DNA of 61,511 bases, the filler included, from Deltaproteobacteria bacterium (GTDB taxonomy: Bacteria; JAUYMQ01): assembly GCA_030698575.1 (NCBI GenBank). It is 12 parts of 12 records of this genome, joined end to end, with 100 filler letters (N's around TTAATTAATTAA, not from the genome) between each part and the next. Parts side by side here need not be neighbours in the genome. Positions count along the whole stretch, not along the records: positions 8,323 to 11,303 come from JAUYMQ010000232.1; positions 11,404 to 18,351 come from JAUYMQ010000240.1; 10 more parts are not named here. One strand, written 5' to 3'. The position numbers and the translations under genes were made by a program. Positions 9,486-18,022 of the stretch are shown piece after piece. The notes beneath the pieces are model-generated. The model was not told the DNA's origin and ran no database searches. It saw only the letters and a program-made list of their open reading frames with translations. Each line of letters opens with the position of its first letter. Position 1 is the stretch's first letter.

Positions 9486-11090
9486 CTATCTGCTGGCTAG
9501 GAGAGTCATGACAAAGGCCCGCGCCTGAAGGCTCATGCCTTTGTCGAACAGCTTTTCGATTCCCTCCAAGGTCATGCCTGCATCAACGAGGGCGGCGAGA
9601 GTCTTATGGAAGTCGGTTGCCTCCGTCGCGAGACCGAAAACCTCATTGGTAATCTCGCCAATACTCTCTCCGTAGGTCTCAATTGTCGGCGGGCGGATGC
9701 GCGTCTCGGCCGACCGGCGGACCACCGCGATGTGGCGGGCAAGGGTTTCCTGGACTACGACCGGCGAATGGGTGGCGATCACTGCGAAAGCATCATTCTG
9801 CCTGAGTATGAGGCGCATGGCATGCATCAGGGCCGCGAGGAGCGGAGGATGCAGATGGCTTTCGGGCTCGTCGAACAGGACGATCGATTTGGGTTCGGTG
9901 AAGGCGACAAGGGATGCCGCCGCGTGCATGACGATCTTGTGCCCGGTGCTCCATGAGTCGAACCGGGCAATCGGGGCTTGGATGACCGCCGTAGCAGGAT
10001 CGGTACCGAGATCGGTGAAAGAGGCGTCGGTTGCAAGAATGCGACAGACTTGGCCAAACAACTCCTGTCGGCCCGCTTCTTGAATCTGGCCAATAGTCGT
10101 ACCGAACTCGTCCGACAGCTCCTGACTCGACTTGAGGATGATCCTTTCCTGTCGATCCAAGTCCAACGGCTGAATGGGATTTCCGTCGACATCGCCGATA
10201 CCCTCGGCCTGCATCAACTCCCGGCGCATGCTGCGCAGGCCGCAGTAGTGATAGCGGCCGCTGCCACGAGCCATGTCGTCGACAATTTGCTTCTGCTCAG
10301 GGTACCCCACGCCCGGAAGCTGGAAAGCGTCGAAGGCGCTGTAGGCCAAGTTGACTACACGGGTGAAGCCGATCCCTGCTGGCTCGATCTCACCGAGGCT
10401 TTGCAAGGCTTCGCTGGCCCGGTCTCGCTGAGAGGCATGTAGAATGCGGGCCAAGCGCGAGATCAGGGTGCTCTTTCCAGCTCCGTTTCGGCCGATCAGG
10501 ATCGCGACACGATCGGGGAGTGCGGCGGAGGTATTCCGCCAGAAGCGATCGCCCGGAGCCTCGAACGAGAGCCTGAGCGGATCGGCCCACCCTCTTACCT
10601 GGAAAGATAGGTCCAAGCCCAGACGTGCCACGCGTGTATAATCCCGAGCGAGCAGGACGGCCGCGTCGCGGCGGAAGGTTTCCCATTCGATGTCGCGGAC
10701 GACTGATGTGCTCCAGCCGGGCTCGTCCAAGAAGGCTGCGGCGTGGTCTGGATAGGCCAAGGCGTCTCGGAGCGCTTCTAGGACCTCCTTGCGAAGATCC
10801 TCGGGCAAGGTTGCAAGCCGCTCGTAGTAGTCTAGGTCCTGCCCTAACGAGACGAAGTCGGGGCCGAGCGGCGCCAGCGTTCCAACCGGGAGCAGAAGCC
10901 CGTCAGCCTTTGTCTGACCGCGGCGGAGAATTTTGACCTGACCGATCCGCCCGGAAAATTCCGGCATGGACACGTACAGGTGGTAGAGGGTCATGAAGCT
11001 GAAATCGTTCCAACCGTCCCGCTGAAGGCCAATACCTTCGAAAGAGGAGGGCTCAGATTTGGAACGAGGAAAGACGGTAATGGCGATCAT
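9486..11090 (-). CDS. ABC/AAA_21-type ATPase (PtuA-like)
   Basis: Walker A GRNGAGKST, WSTGHK signature, Walker B VLFDEPESHLHP, H-loop ATHSP. Confidence 0.85.
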   Translation of the reverse strand: MIAITVFPRSKSEPSSFEGIGLQRDGWNDFSFMTLYHLYVSMPEFSGRIGQVKILRRGQTKADGLLLPVGTLAPLGPDFVSLGQDLDYYERLATLPEDLRKEVLEALRDALAYPDHAAAFLDEPGWSTSVVRDIEWETFRRDAAVLLARDYTRVARLGLDLSFQVRGWADPLRLSFEAPGDRFWRNTSAALPDRVAILIGRNGAGKSTLISRLARILHASQRDRASEALQSLGEIEPAGIGFTRVVNLAYSAFDAFQLPGVGYPEQKQIVDDMARGSGRYHYCGLRSMRRELMQAEGIGDVDGNPIQPLDLDRQERIILKSSQELSDEFGTTIGQIQEAGRQELFGQVCRILATDASFTDLGTDPATAVIQAPIARFDSWSTGHKIVMHAAASLVAFTEPKSIVLFDEPESHLHPPLLAALMHAMRLILRQNDAFAVIATHSPVVVQETLARHIAVVRRSAETRIRPPTIETYGESIGEITNEVFGLATEATDFHKTLAALVDAGMTLEGIEKLFDKGMSLQARAFVMTLLASR

Positions 11091-11147
11091 GACATCTCCC
11101 TTCTATGACAAGACCGCTCGTTTCAGCCTCTGAATGCTTCATCTTCG

Positions 11148-11303
11148 TCACCCATCCGCAATCGCCGCAAACCCCCGCCGGCTGTTCCAGTCCATCTCGC
11201 CACCCAACCGCTCCACCACCGCCGGCGCCTCGGTCCGCTCCAGCGCGAGCGTCGTGATGGCCTGCCGCGAGACCTTCACGATCAGGACCGGCTTCGGCTC
11301 GAT
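11148..11303 (-). CDS. hypothetical protein, C-terminal fragment
   Basis: Open frame IEPKPVLIVKVSRQ...GFAAIADG* with GC3-rich codons running from the contig edge. Confidence 0.5.
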   Translation of the reverse strand: MEPKPVLIVKVSRQAITTLALERTEAPAVVERLGGEMDWNSRRGFAAIADG

Positions 11304-11403
11304 NNNNNNNNNNNNNNNNNNNNNNNNNNNNNNNNNNNNNNNNNNNNTTAATTAATTAANNNNNNNNNNNNNNNNNNNNNNNNNNNNNNNNNNNNNNNNN
11401 NNN

Positions 11404-11601
11404 GACCGCGACGGCGAGGTCGCCATTCGGCAGCGCGGCCATGTGCCGCACCGGTCCGAGCGATTCGGCGAACACGACGGCGCAGAACCCCGGCGGCAGG
11501 GCGAGGCCGGCGTTGTGGGGAGAGCACTGCTGAGCGGACAGAGATTCGGGGAGGGCGGCGACCAACACCGCCACGGCGGAGACGACGAGTGTGCGGGTCA
11601 T
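11404..11601 (-). CDS. PQQ-dependent sugar/sorbosone dehydrogenase family, N-terminal part
   Basis: Signal peptide followed by GLALPPGFCAVVFAESLGPVRHMAALPNGDL. Confidence 0.75.
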
Positions 11602-11685
11602 GCGTTGAATATAGAGCGGTCGCCGCCACCACTCCGCCAGCCCCCGAGGCCTCCCGGGTTTCGCGAAATCACGCTTTTCACTATA

Positions 11686-12804
11686 GTGACGCATGGTCCT
11701 CTTGCCTTGCGAGGGGGCGTAACGGCCCCGCGTCGAAGCACGCCAGCCGGCTCGGACCGGACCGTGCTGCTCGAGTGCCGGCTCGAGCAGCTGCGCGGCG
11801 CGCTCGACGAGGCGCGCGCCGAAGCCGATCAGGCCCGCATCCGCCTCGCCGAGGCTCTTGCCCGTGAGGCCGGTGAAACCCAGCGTCTGAGCGTGCTCCA
11901 GGACGAGGTCGCCCGCGCCCGTGCGGAAGTCGCCGCGCTGCACCGGCGACTGGAACACTCCGAGGCGCTGCGCGCCAAGCTCCAGGGACATCTCTTCGAG
12001 TCGGACGGTAAGGGCGACGCGCAGGAGCTGGTGCGCCTGCGGCGGGAAGTGGCTGCGGATCGGGAGCGCATCGCCGCCAGCGAACAGACAGCCTCGCAGC
12101 TGCGGGCTCGCGTGGACGAGCTGGTGGCATCCCGCGAGACGTTGCTCACGCGGGTGGTCGAGTGGCAGCGCGCCGTGCGCGACGGCGACACCGAAGCCGT
12201 CGACCTTGCCGAGTTCATCGCCAGCCTGCGCCGCGCGGTCCTCGACCTCGAACGGGACAACGCACTGGGAGAGCGGCGCGAGGCCGTGCTGCGCGAGCAG
12301 CTCGAGCAGGCGACAGCGCCATCGGCGGTGCCCCCTCCCCCGTCCCCCGTCCCCCCTCCCCCTTCTCCTGCGGACGATCTGGTCGCGGCGCTGGCGGCGG
12401 CAAAGCACCCACAGGACCAGGTGGAGCTGCTCCTCCGGCTCGGCCGTCGCGGCGGGGGGGGCGGGGGGGGCGACGACGCGTTTTATGCCGTCCGCCCCTG
12501 GGCCACCGCTGAAGATCCAAACGTTCGCGCCGCGGCCTACCAGTCGCTCGGCCGGCTGCTGGAACGGGACCCGGCGCGGCTCGAGCCTCACATCCGCTGG
12601 GGGATCGCCGACGCCAACCCGCACGTTCGGCGGCGCGTCGTGCTCGCCGCGGCCGCGGCGCGCGGGCTCGCCCTGCGGCCGCTCCTGGAGCCGCTGAGCG
12701 GCGATCCCGACCCCCAGGTACGCCGCATCGTGCATCGGATCCTTCGCGCCACCTCCCAGGACCCTCAACGCACGGAAGCCGGAATCGTGCAGCGAGCTTC
12801 ATAG
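11686..12804 (+). CDS. PomY-like coiled-coil + HEAT-repeat protein
   Basis: Long coiled coil, Pro-rich linker, HEAT repeats (DPNVRAAA, DANPHVRRRV, DPDPQVRR); coupled to the ParA gene; start codon uncertain. Confidence 0.7.
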   Translation: MTHGPLALRGGVTAPRRSTPAGSDRTVLLECRLEQLRGALDEARAEADQARIRLAEALAREAGETQRLSVLQDEVARARAEVAALHRRLEHSEALRAKLQGHLFESDGKGDAQELVRLRREVAADRERIAASEQTASQLRARVDELVASRETLLTRVVEWQRAVRDGDTEAVDLAEFIASLRRAVLDLERDNALGERREAVLREQLEQATAPSAVPPPPSPVPPPPSPADDLVAALAAAKHPQDQVELLLRLGRRGGGGGGGDDAFYAVRPWATAEDPNVRAAAYQSLGRLLERDPARLEPHIRWGIADANPHVRRRVVLAAAAARGLALRPLLEPLSGDPDPQVRRIVHRILRATSQDPQRTEAGIVQRAS

Positions 12805-13769
12805 TGGAGATCCGTTACAAGCGGAGCCACTTCGCCAAGCTCCTGGGCTTCACGGACCAGCAACTGTCCGCCGCGGACAAACTGCCCGAGCTGAAGGCAC
12901 TCGGCGGCGGACCCGCTTCGTACCAGCCGCGACACCTGTCGGCGTACCGCAGGGTGTTGGACCGCCACCCTCGCCGGGAACCGCCGCGCCGCCAGCTCTT
13001 CCTCAACTTCAAGGGTGGCACCGGCAAGACCAGCCTCTCGGTGGCGTACGCCTACCGGCTCGCGGAGCTGGGCCATCGGGTCCTGCTGATCGACCTCGAT
13101 TCACAGGGGCACGCGACCCAGCACCTGGGCCTCGCCGCCGAGAGCCTCGAGCGCACGATCTTCGAGATCCTGGTCAATGGAGTACCGATCGAAGACGTGA
13201 TCGTGCCGCACGCGCTCGCCGAGTTCGATGTGCTTCCGGCCAACCTGCGGATGACGACCATCGACATCTCGCTCATGCCGATGGCCGGGCGCGAGTACAA
13301 GCTCCAGCGGGCCCTCGCCGGGGTGTTGGACCGCTACGAGTTCATTGTCATGGACGCCCCGCCCTCCTTTGGGCTGCTGAACCTCAACGCGCTGATGGCG
13401 TCCGACGACCTGCTCGTGCCGGTGCTTCCGGATTTCCTGTCGTTTCACGGTCTCAAACTGCTGTTCGAGACGCTGGGCCAGCTCGAGGACGACCTGAACC
13501 ACCGGCTGCAGCGGATCCGGATCGTCATCAATCAGTACAACCCCACGACCCGGATCGCACGCGAGGCCAAAGGGGCGCTGGAGTCGCACTACCCTGAGTT
13601 TCTGTCGGAGACGATCGTGAGGCAGTGCACGCAGTTCGCACGGGCCTCGAGCGACGGCCTGCCCATCAATGCCTACGCTCCGTCGTCCAAGGGAGCCAGG
13701 GACATCGACGCCCTTATCACCGAGATGATCAGCGCGCGCTTCGAGCGCGCGATGGAGAGGAGCGCGTGA
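12804..13769 (+). CDS. pomZ: ParA/MinD ATPase, PomZ (AgmE)-like
   Basis: RRQLFLNFKGGTGKTS, DLDSQGHAT, MPMAGRE, DAPPSFGLLNLNALMA and DFLSFHGLKLLFET match the Myxococcus PomZ sequence as I recall it. Confidence 0.8.
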   Translation: MEIRYKRSHFAKLLGFTDQQLSAADKLPELKALGGGPASYQPRHLSAYRRVLDRHPRREPPRRQLFLNFKGGTGKTSLSVAYAYRLAELGHRVLLIDLDSQGHATQHLGLAAESLERTIFEILVNGVPIEDVIVPHALAEFDVLPANLRMTTIDISLMPMAGREYKLQRALAGVLDRYEFIVMDAPPSFGLLNLNALMASDDLLVPVLPDFLSFHGLKLLFETLGQLEDDLNHRLQRIRIVINQYNPTTRIAREAKGALESHYPEFLSETIVRQCTQFARASSDGLPINAYAPSSKGARDIDALITEMISARFERAMERSA

Positions 13770-14521
13770 CCACCGGTTTCGATGCCAACGTTCCAGCCCG
13801 CAAGCCGCGGACGATCTCCCGGGTGCTCTCCGAGCTCACGGCCGTTCCCGGGTCCTCACCCCCTGACCCCCTCTCCCTTCGGGAGAGGGGGGACGAGCCG
13901 CCAGCGACCATCGAGCTGGCGGCCGAGCCTCCGCCTCCGCCTCCGAAAGCGGGCCCGCGCGTGGCGCGCGCGAAGAACGGTAAGGAGCGGACCGCGTCGC
14001 TGCGGGAGCGTCTGGCGATGACCGCTCACGCCGGTGGTGCCGAGCCGCAGCAGACCGCTGCCCGAGTGCGGGAGTTGATCGAGGCCATGCGCGCCCGGCT
14101 CGAGTCCGCGATCGAGGAACGGACCCGGCTAGCTGGGGAGCTGGAGGAAGCTCGCGCCGCGCTCGGGCGGGGCGAGGCCGAGCTGAAGAAGGAGCGCCGG
14201 GCGCGGGCCGCGCTCGAGGCTCAGGCCGAGGAGCGGCGGCGGATCGCCGAGGAAGCGGTGGCCGAGGCGGAAGCGCTCGCCGCCGAGCGCGATCAGGTGC
14301 TCGAGGAGATTGCCGGGCTGCGCGGGCTCGAAGACCAGGCGGGCCTGCTGCAGGAAGCTGAGGCGGAGCTGGCCGACCTGGATGGGCGGCTGCAGGAGGC
14401 GCAGTCCGGTCGCGCGCGCGCCGAGGCACGTTGCCGGGAGCTTACGGCGGAAGTGGAGCGCCTGTCCGCGGCCGGCGAAGCGCTCGAGGCCCTTGAGTCG
14501 CTGGTGAGACGCAGTCCCTAG
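13766..14521 (+). CDS. PomX-like protein (basic N-terminal peptide, Pro-rich region, C-terminal coiled coil)
   Basis: GTG overlaps the pomZ stop; MTTGFDANVPARKPR places K13 and R15 as in the PomX activating peptide. Confidence 0.7.
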   Translation: MTTGFDANVPARKPRTISRVLSELTAVPGSSPPDPLSLRERGDEPPATIELAAEPPPPPPKAGPRVARAKNGKERTASLRERLAMTAHAGGAEPQQTAARVRELIEAMRARLESAIEERTRLAGELEEARAALGRGEAELKKERRARAALEAQAEERRRIAEEAVAEAEALAAERDQVLEEIAGLRGLEDQAGLLQEAEAELADLDGRLQEAQSGRARAEARCRELTAEVERLSAAGEALEALESLVRRSP

Positions 14522-14814
14522 CGCAACGCGCGCGCGAGCATCGCAATCGCGCCGACCGCGCCCACCCAGAACACGAACGACCACCTGATCAGATCGCCGA
14601 AGCGGCGCTCGAACCGGGTCTCGAGCGTCGCGAAGCCCACCTGCATCTCTTGTCGCAACTCGGCGATGTCCGCACGTAACTGGTCAAAATCGCCGTGCGT
14701 AGCGACGTCGCGGTCGCGCGCGTCCATCTCATGCATCCAATTCACAAACTCGGCGCCCTCCTGTCCCCCGAGGGTTTGCTGGAGCTTCTGGGACAACCGA
14801 GGCGTGATGGGCAC
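14518..14814 (-). CDS. small coiled-coil protein with C-terminal TM helix (DUF1640-like)
   Basis: MPITPRLSQKLQQTLG...LRADIAELRQEM...LIRWSFVFWVGAV. Confidence 0.65.
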   Translation of the reverse strand: MPITPRLSQKLQQTLGGQEGAEFVNWMHEMDARDRDVATHGDFDQLRADIAELRQEMQVGFATLETRFERRFGDLIRWSFVFWVGAVGAIAMLARALR

Positions 14815-15013
14815 GCCCCAACCTAACGTACGCTCGGCGAACCCGAAGATCAATTTCGTCCCGACGGGACCAAGAAACTGCACAGCTGAAAGAGTGACCA
14901 GAATTCCAGTTGGGCCGTGCGCTGAAAGCCTGTCCTGAGCGGAGCGAAGGACGCCGGCTCGGCGAATACGCGAGCCCTGAATCGTAGGACGCATCGTTCT
15001 TCGCGGCCACCCC

Positions 15014-15063
15014 TTGCATGCCGCGAACGCTTGCGTTACACTACTGAACCATATGGTTCAGTA
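15014..15063 (+). promoter_or_regulatory. sigma-70 promoter with palindromic operator
   Basis: TTGCAT-N17-TACACT (15014-15042) and perfect 22-bp palindrome TACTGAACCATATGGTTCAGTA (15042-15063) over the ArsR start. Confidence 0.7.
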
Positions 15064-15418
15064 TATGAGGACCCGCCTTGATACTTCGTTCGCCGCGCTC
15101 TCGGACGCCACGCGGCGTGGCGTTCTGGAGCAGCTCGGACGAGCCGACGCTTCGATCACGGACCTTGCCGAGAAGTTCCACATGACGCTCACGGGCATGA
15201 AGAAGCACGTCGGCGTTCTGGAGCAGGCGGGGCTCGTCACCACGAAGAAGATCGGGCGCGTGCGGACGTGCCAGCTGGGCCCGCGCCGATTGGAGGAAGA
15301 GACGGTGTGGCTCGAGAGGTACCGCCAGCGCTGGGACGAACGCTTCGACGAGTTGGACAAGGTTGTCGAGGAACTGACACGAAAGGAGAAGAGCGATGAA
15401 CGCAAGAATCGAAAGTGA
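15053..15418 (+). CDS. ArsR/SmtB family transcriptional regulator
   Basis: LDTSFAALSDATRRGVLEQL...KHVGVLEQAGLV. Confidence 0.9.
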   Translation: MVQYMRTRLDTSFAALSDATRRGVLEQLGRADASITDLAEKFHMTLTGMKKHVGVLEQAGLVTTKKIGRVRTCQLGPRRLEEETVWLERYRQRWDERFDELDKVVEELTRKEKSDERKNRK

Positions 15419-15914
15419 GCCCGGCCCCGTGAAGAACCGCACCACGGTGGAACGGAAGTCGGACCGCGAGGTGATTGTCACGCGGACCATCAACGGCCCG
15501 GCGCGCATCGTGTTCGAGGCATTTACCAAGGCCGAGCTGCTCAAGCGTTGGTGGGTGCCCAAGTCGATGGGAATGACCCTGCTGTCCTGCGAGGTGGATG
15601 CTCGTGTCGGAGGCAAGTACCGATTGGTATTCGACCACGGTGGCCCCGAGCCTGCCGCGTTTTTTGGGTCGTATGTCGAAGTGAAGCCGTACTCGCGCCT
15701 CGCGTGGACCAATGAAGAAGGTGGCGAGGGCGGGCCTGTCACCACGGTGACCTTCGAGGAAAAGGGCGGCAAGACGCTGGTGGTCCTGCGCGAGAGCTAT
15801 CCTTCGAAGGAAGCGCTCGACGCTGCCGGCACCGGAGCAGCCGATGCAATGGTCGAGACGTTCGATCAGCTGGACGAGCTTCTCGTCGCCCTGGGTGAGA
15901 GCTCGGGACAGTAA
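15396..15914 (+). CDS. SRPBCC/AHSA1 domain protein
   Basis: REVIVTRTINGPARIVFEAFT...WW.P...DARVGGKYR. Confidence 0.9.
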   Translation: MNARIESEPGPVKNRTTVERKSDREVIVTRTINGPARIVFEAFTKAELLKRWWVPKSMGMTLLSCEVDARVGGKYRLVFDHGGPEPAAFFGSYVEVKPYSRLAWTNEEGGEGGPVTTVTFEEKGGKTLVVLRESYPSKEALDAAGTGAADAMVETFDQLDELLVALGESSGQ

Positions 15915-16486
15915 CAGAAACGCGGATCTCGCGGTCGGTCGTCCGATAGTCCCGGCTCACACTGGCCGGGGCTATCGGGCGGAGTCGCGAACATTCGATC
16001 GACGGGTCCCACGCTCACGGCGCAGCGTTCCGCGCCGGTCGCGTCCTGAGGTGCGCCCAGGCCCGGCCGAGCAGGGTGATGGCCAGGCGAGAGCGCGGCA
16101 AACCCGCGCGGCGGACGGGTACGCTCGGCTTTCGTGACAAGCGCTGCAAACGCCGCGGTGGTGCCGGCGAGGAAGACAGACCCGAAGCGAACCAGATCCG
16201 TCGCGAGGTCGCGGAAGCCGTCGAGCGGATCGTCAGAGAACCCCGGGTATCGCGCTTGTCCGCGCCCCACGGCGGCGCGGGCGAAGTCTTCGTGCAATAG
16301 CGTGGCAGCATCGACGCGCATGGCGCACGCTGAATTCCAGCGAACGGTTCGCTCGTGCGAGCCGCCATGGGCATAGAGTCCGCCGCCGCCGCGATCGACT
16401 TCGCTGGCCTGATAGACGAAGCCGTACGGAACAAGAACGGGCGAGAGGAGTTCGACGCCGCGTCGGCGCAGCTCAATGGCATCCAT
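15866..16486 (-). CDS. cassette-borne hypothetical protein (possibly degraded)
   Basis: Starts just after an attC; contains YPGFSDDPLDGF; 3' end runs into the convergent gene. Confidence 0.5.
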   Translation of the reverse strand: MDAIELRRRGVELLSPVLVPYGFVYQASEVDRGGGGLYAHGGSHERTVRWNSACAMRVDAATLLHEDFARAAVGRGQARYPGFSDDPLDGFRDLATDLVRFGSVFLAGTTAAFAALVTKAERTRPPRGFAALSPGHHPARPGLGAPQDATGAERCAVSVGPVDRMFATPPDSPGQCEPGLSDDRPRDPRFCYCPELSPRATRSSSS

Positions 16487-16504
16487 CAGTATGAAGCTGT
16501 TGCT

Positions 16505-16588
16505 ACCTAACGTTCCGAATGAGCCGCGCGCCTCAACGAGGCGATCACACGAGACCGTTGGCGCGCCGGCTCCATTCGGATGTTAGGC
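16505..16588 (-). mobile_element. integron attC site
   Basis: Minus strand GCCTAAC...GTTAGGT with imperfect inverted repeat CCGAATGGAGCCG/CGGCTCATTCGG; overlaps the stop of the upstream ORF. Confidence 0.85.
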
Positions 16589-16939
16589 GGCAGCCGCGAA
16601 ACGAAGCCAAAGGAAGGCAAGACCGAACACAGCGAATCCCGAAAGAAGGAACACCATCTGACGAAACTCAGAAGCGCGAAGCCTTGAGAACTCTTGCGCC
16701 AGGTGTGGATCGGCGATCTCGGCGAACCCGCGCTGCATGACAAAGCGAAAGTAGGCGCCACGTTGGAGAATGTGGAAGTAGTGTGGAAATGGCCTCCCGA
16801 GTTCCGCGTATTGCCCAGGACACCGCTCCGCAAAGCGCCGGCACAGCTGACGCCCGCGACGGGCAGAGGCAAACACCCAAAGCCCGTTGATCGCGAAGAA
16901 TACGGCTCCTGCGAGCCCAATTGCGTGTTCGACCTGCAT
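16583..16939 (-). CDS. cassette-borne small membrane protein
   Basis: Two hydrophobic segments; bounded by attC sites; stop lies inside GCCTAAC. Confidence 0.7.
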   Translation of the reverse strand: MQVEHAIGLAGAVFFAINGLWVFASARRGRQLCRRFAERCPGQYAELGRPFPHYFHILQRGAYFRFVMQRGFAEIADPHLAQEFSRLRASEFRQMVFLLSGFAVFGLAFLWLRFAAAA

Positions 16940-16943
16940 GTCC

Positions 16944-17033
16944 GTCTAACGGATCGCGCTTAAGCTGCGGCGCGCGGATGAAAGATGCATTCCCTAATCT
17001 ACGCGCGCCGCCAGCTTCAAGCGCTGGTTAGGC
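16944..17033 (-). mobile_element. integron attC site
   Basis: Minus strand GCCTAAC-CAGCGCTTGAAGCTGGCGGCGCGCG...CGCGCGCCGCAGCTTAAGCGCGATCC-GTTAGAC. Confidence 0.9.
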
Positions 17034-17459
17034 GGCTTGCCCTCCGGGGGCACGATCCGACACACGATAGATGTAGGCATCGTGTATCAAATGACCATTG
17101 ATCACGTTTCGTGTAAACCTGATCCCGTTGACCGTAGGGCCAGTGCTAACGGCGGTGCGAAGGAGAGAAACGAGATAATGCCGAGGATCAACGACCTCGA
17201 TGTCACTGAGCGCCAGCTGGCTGCGGGCGTCCGGGAGTGTGGCGAGTGCTGTCTGAATCGACTCGTAGGCCTGTCGAGGTCCGGACAGGGCGACGCGGGG
17301 GGAAGCGAGCACCAGCTTCCAAGTGTTCACCTCCGGCAGATAAAGCCAAAACGCGGCAAAGACCGGCCATTCGACCTCGTCGAGCTTCCGGACGAGATCA
17401 GCCCCGGCTTTCATCATGCCCTCAGTGAGGACGTTTTTTACCAGAGTGTCTTCAGCCAT
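17028..17459 (-). CDS. hypothetical partner of the HEPN protein (cassette)
   Basis: Overlaps the HEPN gene; stop lies in the attC end. Confidence 0.75.
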   Translation of the reverse strand: MAEDTLVKNVLTEGMMKAGADLVRKLDEVEWPVFAAFWLYLPEVNTWKLVLASPRVALSGPRQAYESIQTALATLPDARSQLALSDIEVVDPRHYLVSLLRTAVSTGPTVNGIRFTRNVINGHLIHDAYIYRVSDRAPGGQAA

Positions 17460-17854
17460 GTAAGCACACCATGTGTATCGTCAGTCACCGCAGCCCATAG
17501 GTCGCGGGCTCCAATATCGTTGATTGTACTGTCATACCGACTGGTTTCGTTCCAGTCCTTTACGGTGCTCCAGTTAACCTCGAACGGCTTGTCTGTCGCG
17601 ACCCTCTCATCAAACTGCTTCTTGAGCCCCGAGATTGCCAGCAATTGCCCCAGGTCGTGAGTGTAGCTCTCGAGGATGAGCTTGCGGTCAGGGAAATCAT
17701 GCTCTCGTATCTGCTTGGCGACGCAAGCCTTTAGTGCGCACTCTACAGCGTACCCGATCAGGTAGTAGGCGCCATGGTAATGGCCGGCCTCGAGCAGCAC
17801 CTTCGCTTCGGCAACCCGAATGCCAGCGAGGGCCTGAAGCTCAGCTCGGTTCAC
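17438..17854 (-). CDS. HEPN domain protein
   Basis: EAKVLLEAGHYHGAYYLIGYAVECALKA...THDL..L...W....RY. Confidence 0.8.
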   Translation of the reverse strand: MNRAELQALAGIRVAEAKVLLEAGHYHGAYYLIGYAVECALKACVAKQIREHDFPDRKLILESYTHDLGQLLAISGLKKQFDERVATDKPFEVNWSTVKDWNETSRYDSTINDIGARDLWAAVTDDTHGVLTWLKTLW

Positions 17855-17886
17855 GATAACTCAAGCAATTGGAGAGTACGCAAGCC

Positions 17887-17905
17887 GCCTAACGGATCGC
17901 GCTTA
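17887..17905 (-). mobile_element. truncated attC (one arm only) at the IS insertion point
   Basis: CTAACGGATCGCGCTTA is identical to 16946-16962, then the sequence diverges into the IS flank. Confidence 0.7.
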
Positions 17906-18022
17906 GTTGGTATGAAGCGGTAGCTGGACCTCCACGGTCTCGTGGTGGCAAGCTGAGCCCCACACGCTTGTTCCCGCGCTCACCGTCTTGCGACGGGGCG
18001 CACACCGGGAGGCCAGCTACCA

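Noticed and set aside
12330-12475. C-rich and G-rich runs in the PomY-like gene
   Set aside because: They encode Pro and Gly linkers in frame; no evidence of phase variation
14928-14951. GCCTGTCCTGAGCGGAGCGAAGGA REP-like motif
   Set aside because: Single copy in the window, so repeat status cannot be shown
15930-15990. Hairpin CCGATAGTCCCGGC...GCCGGGGCTATCGG as another attC
   Set aside because: No RYYYAAC/GTTRRRY ends; more likely a terminator or REP-like hairpin
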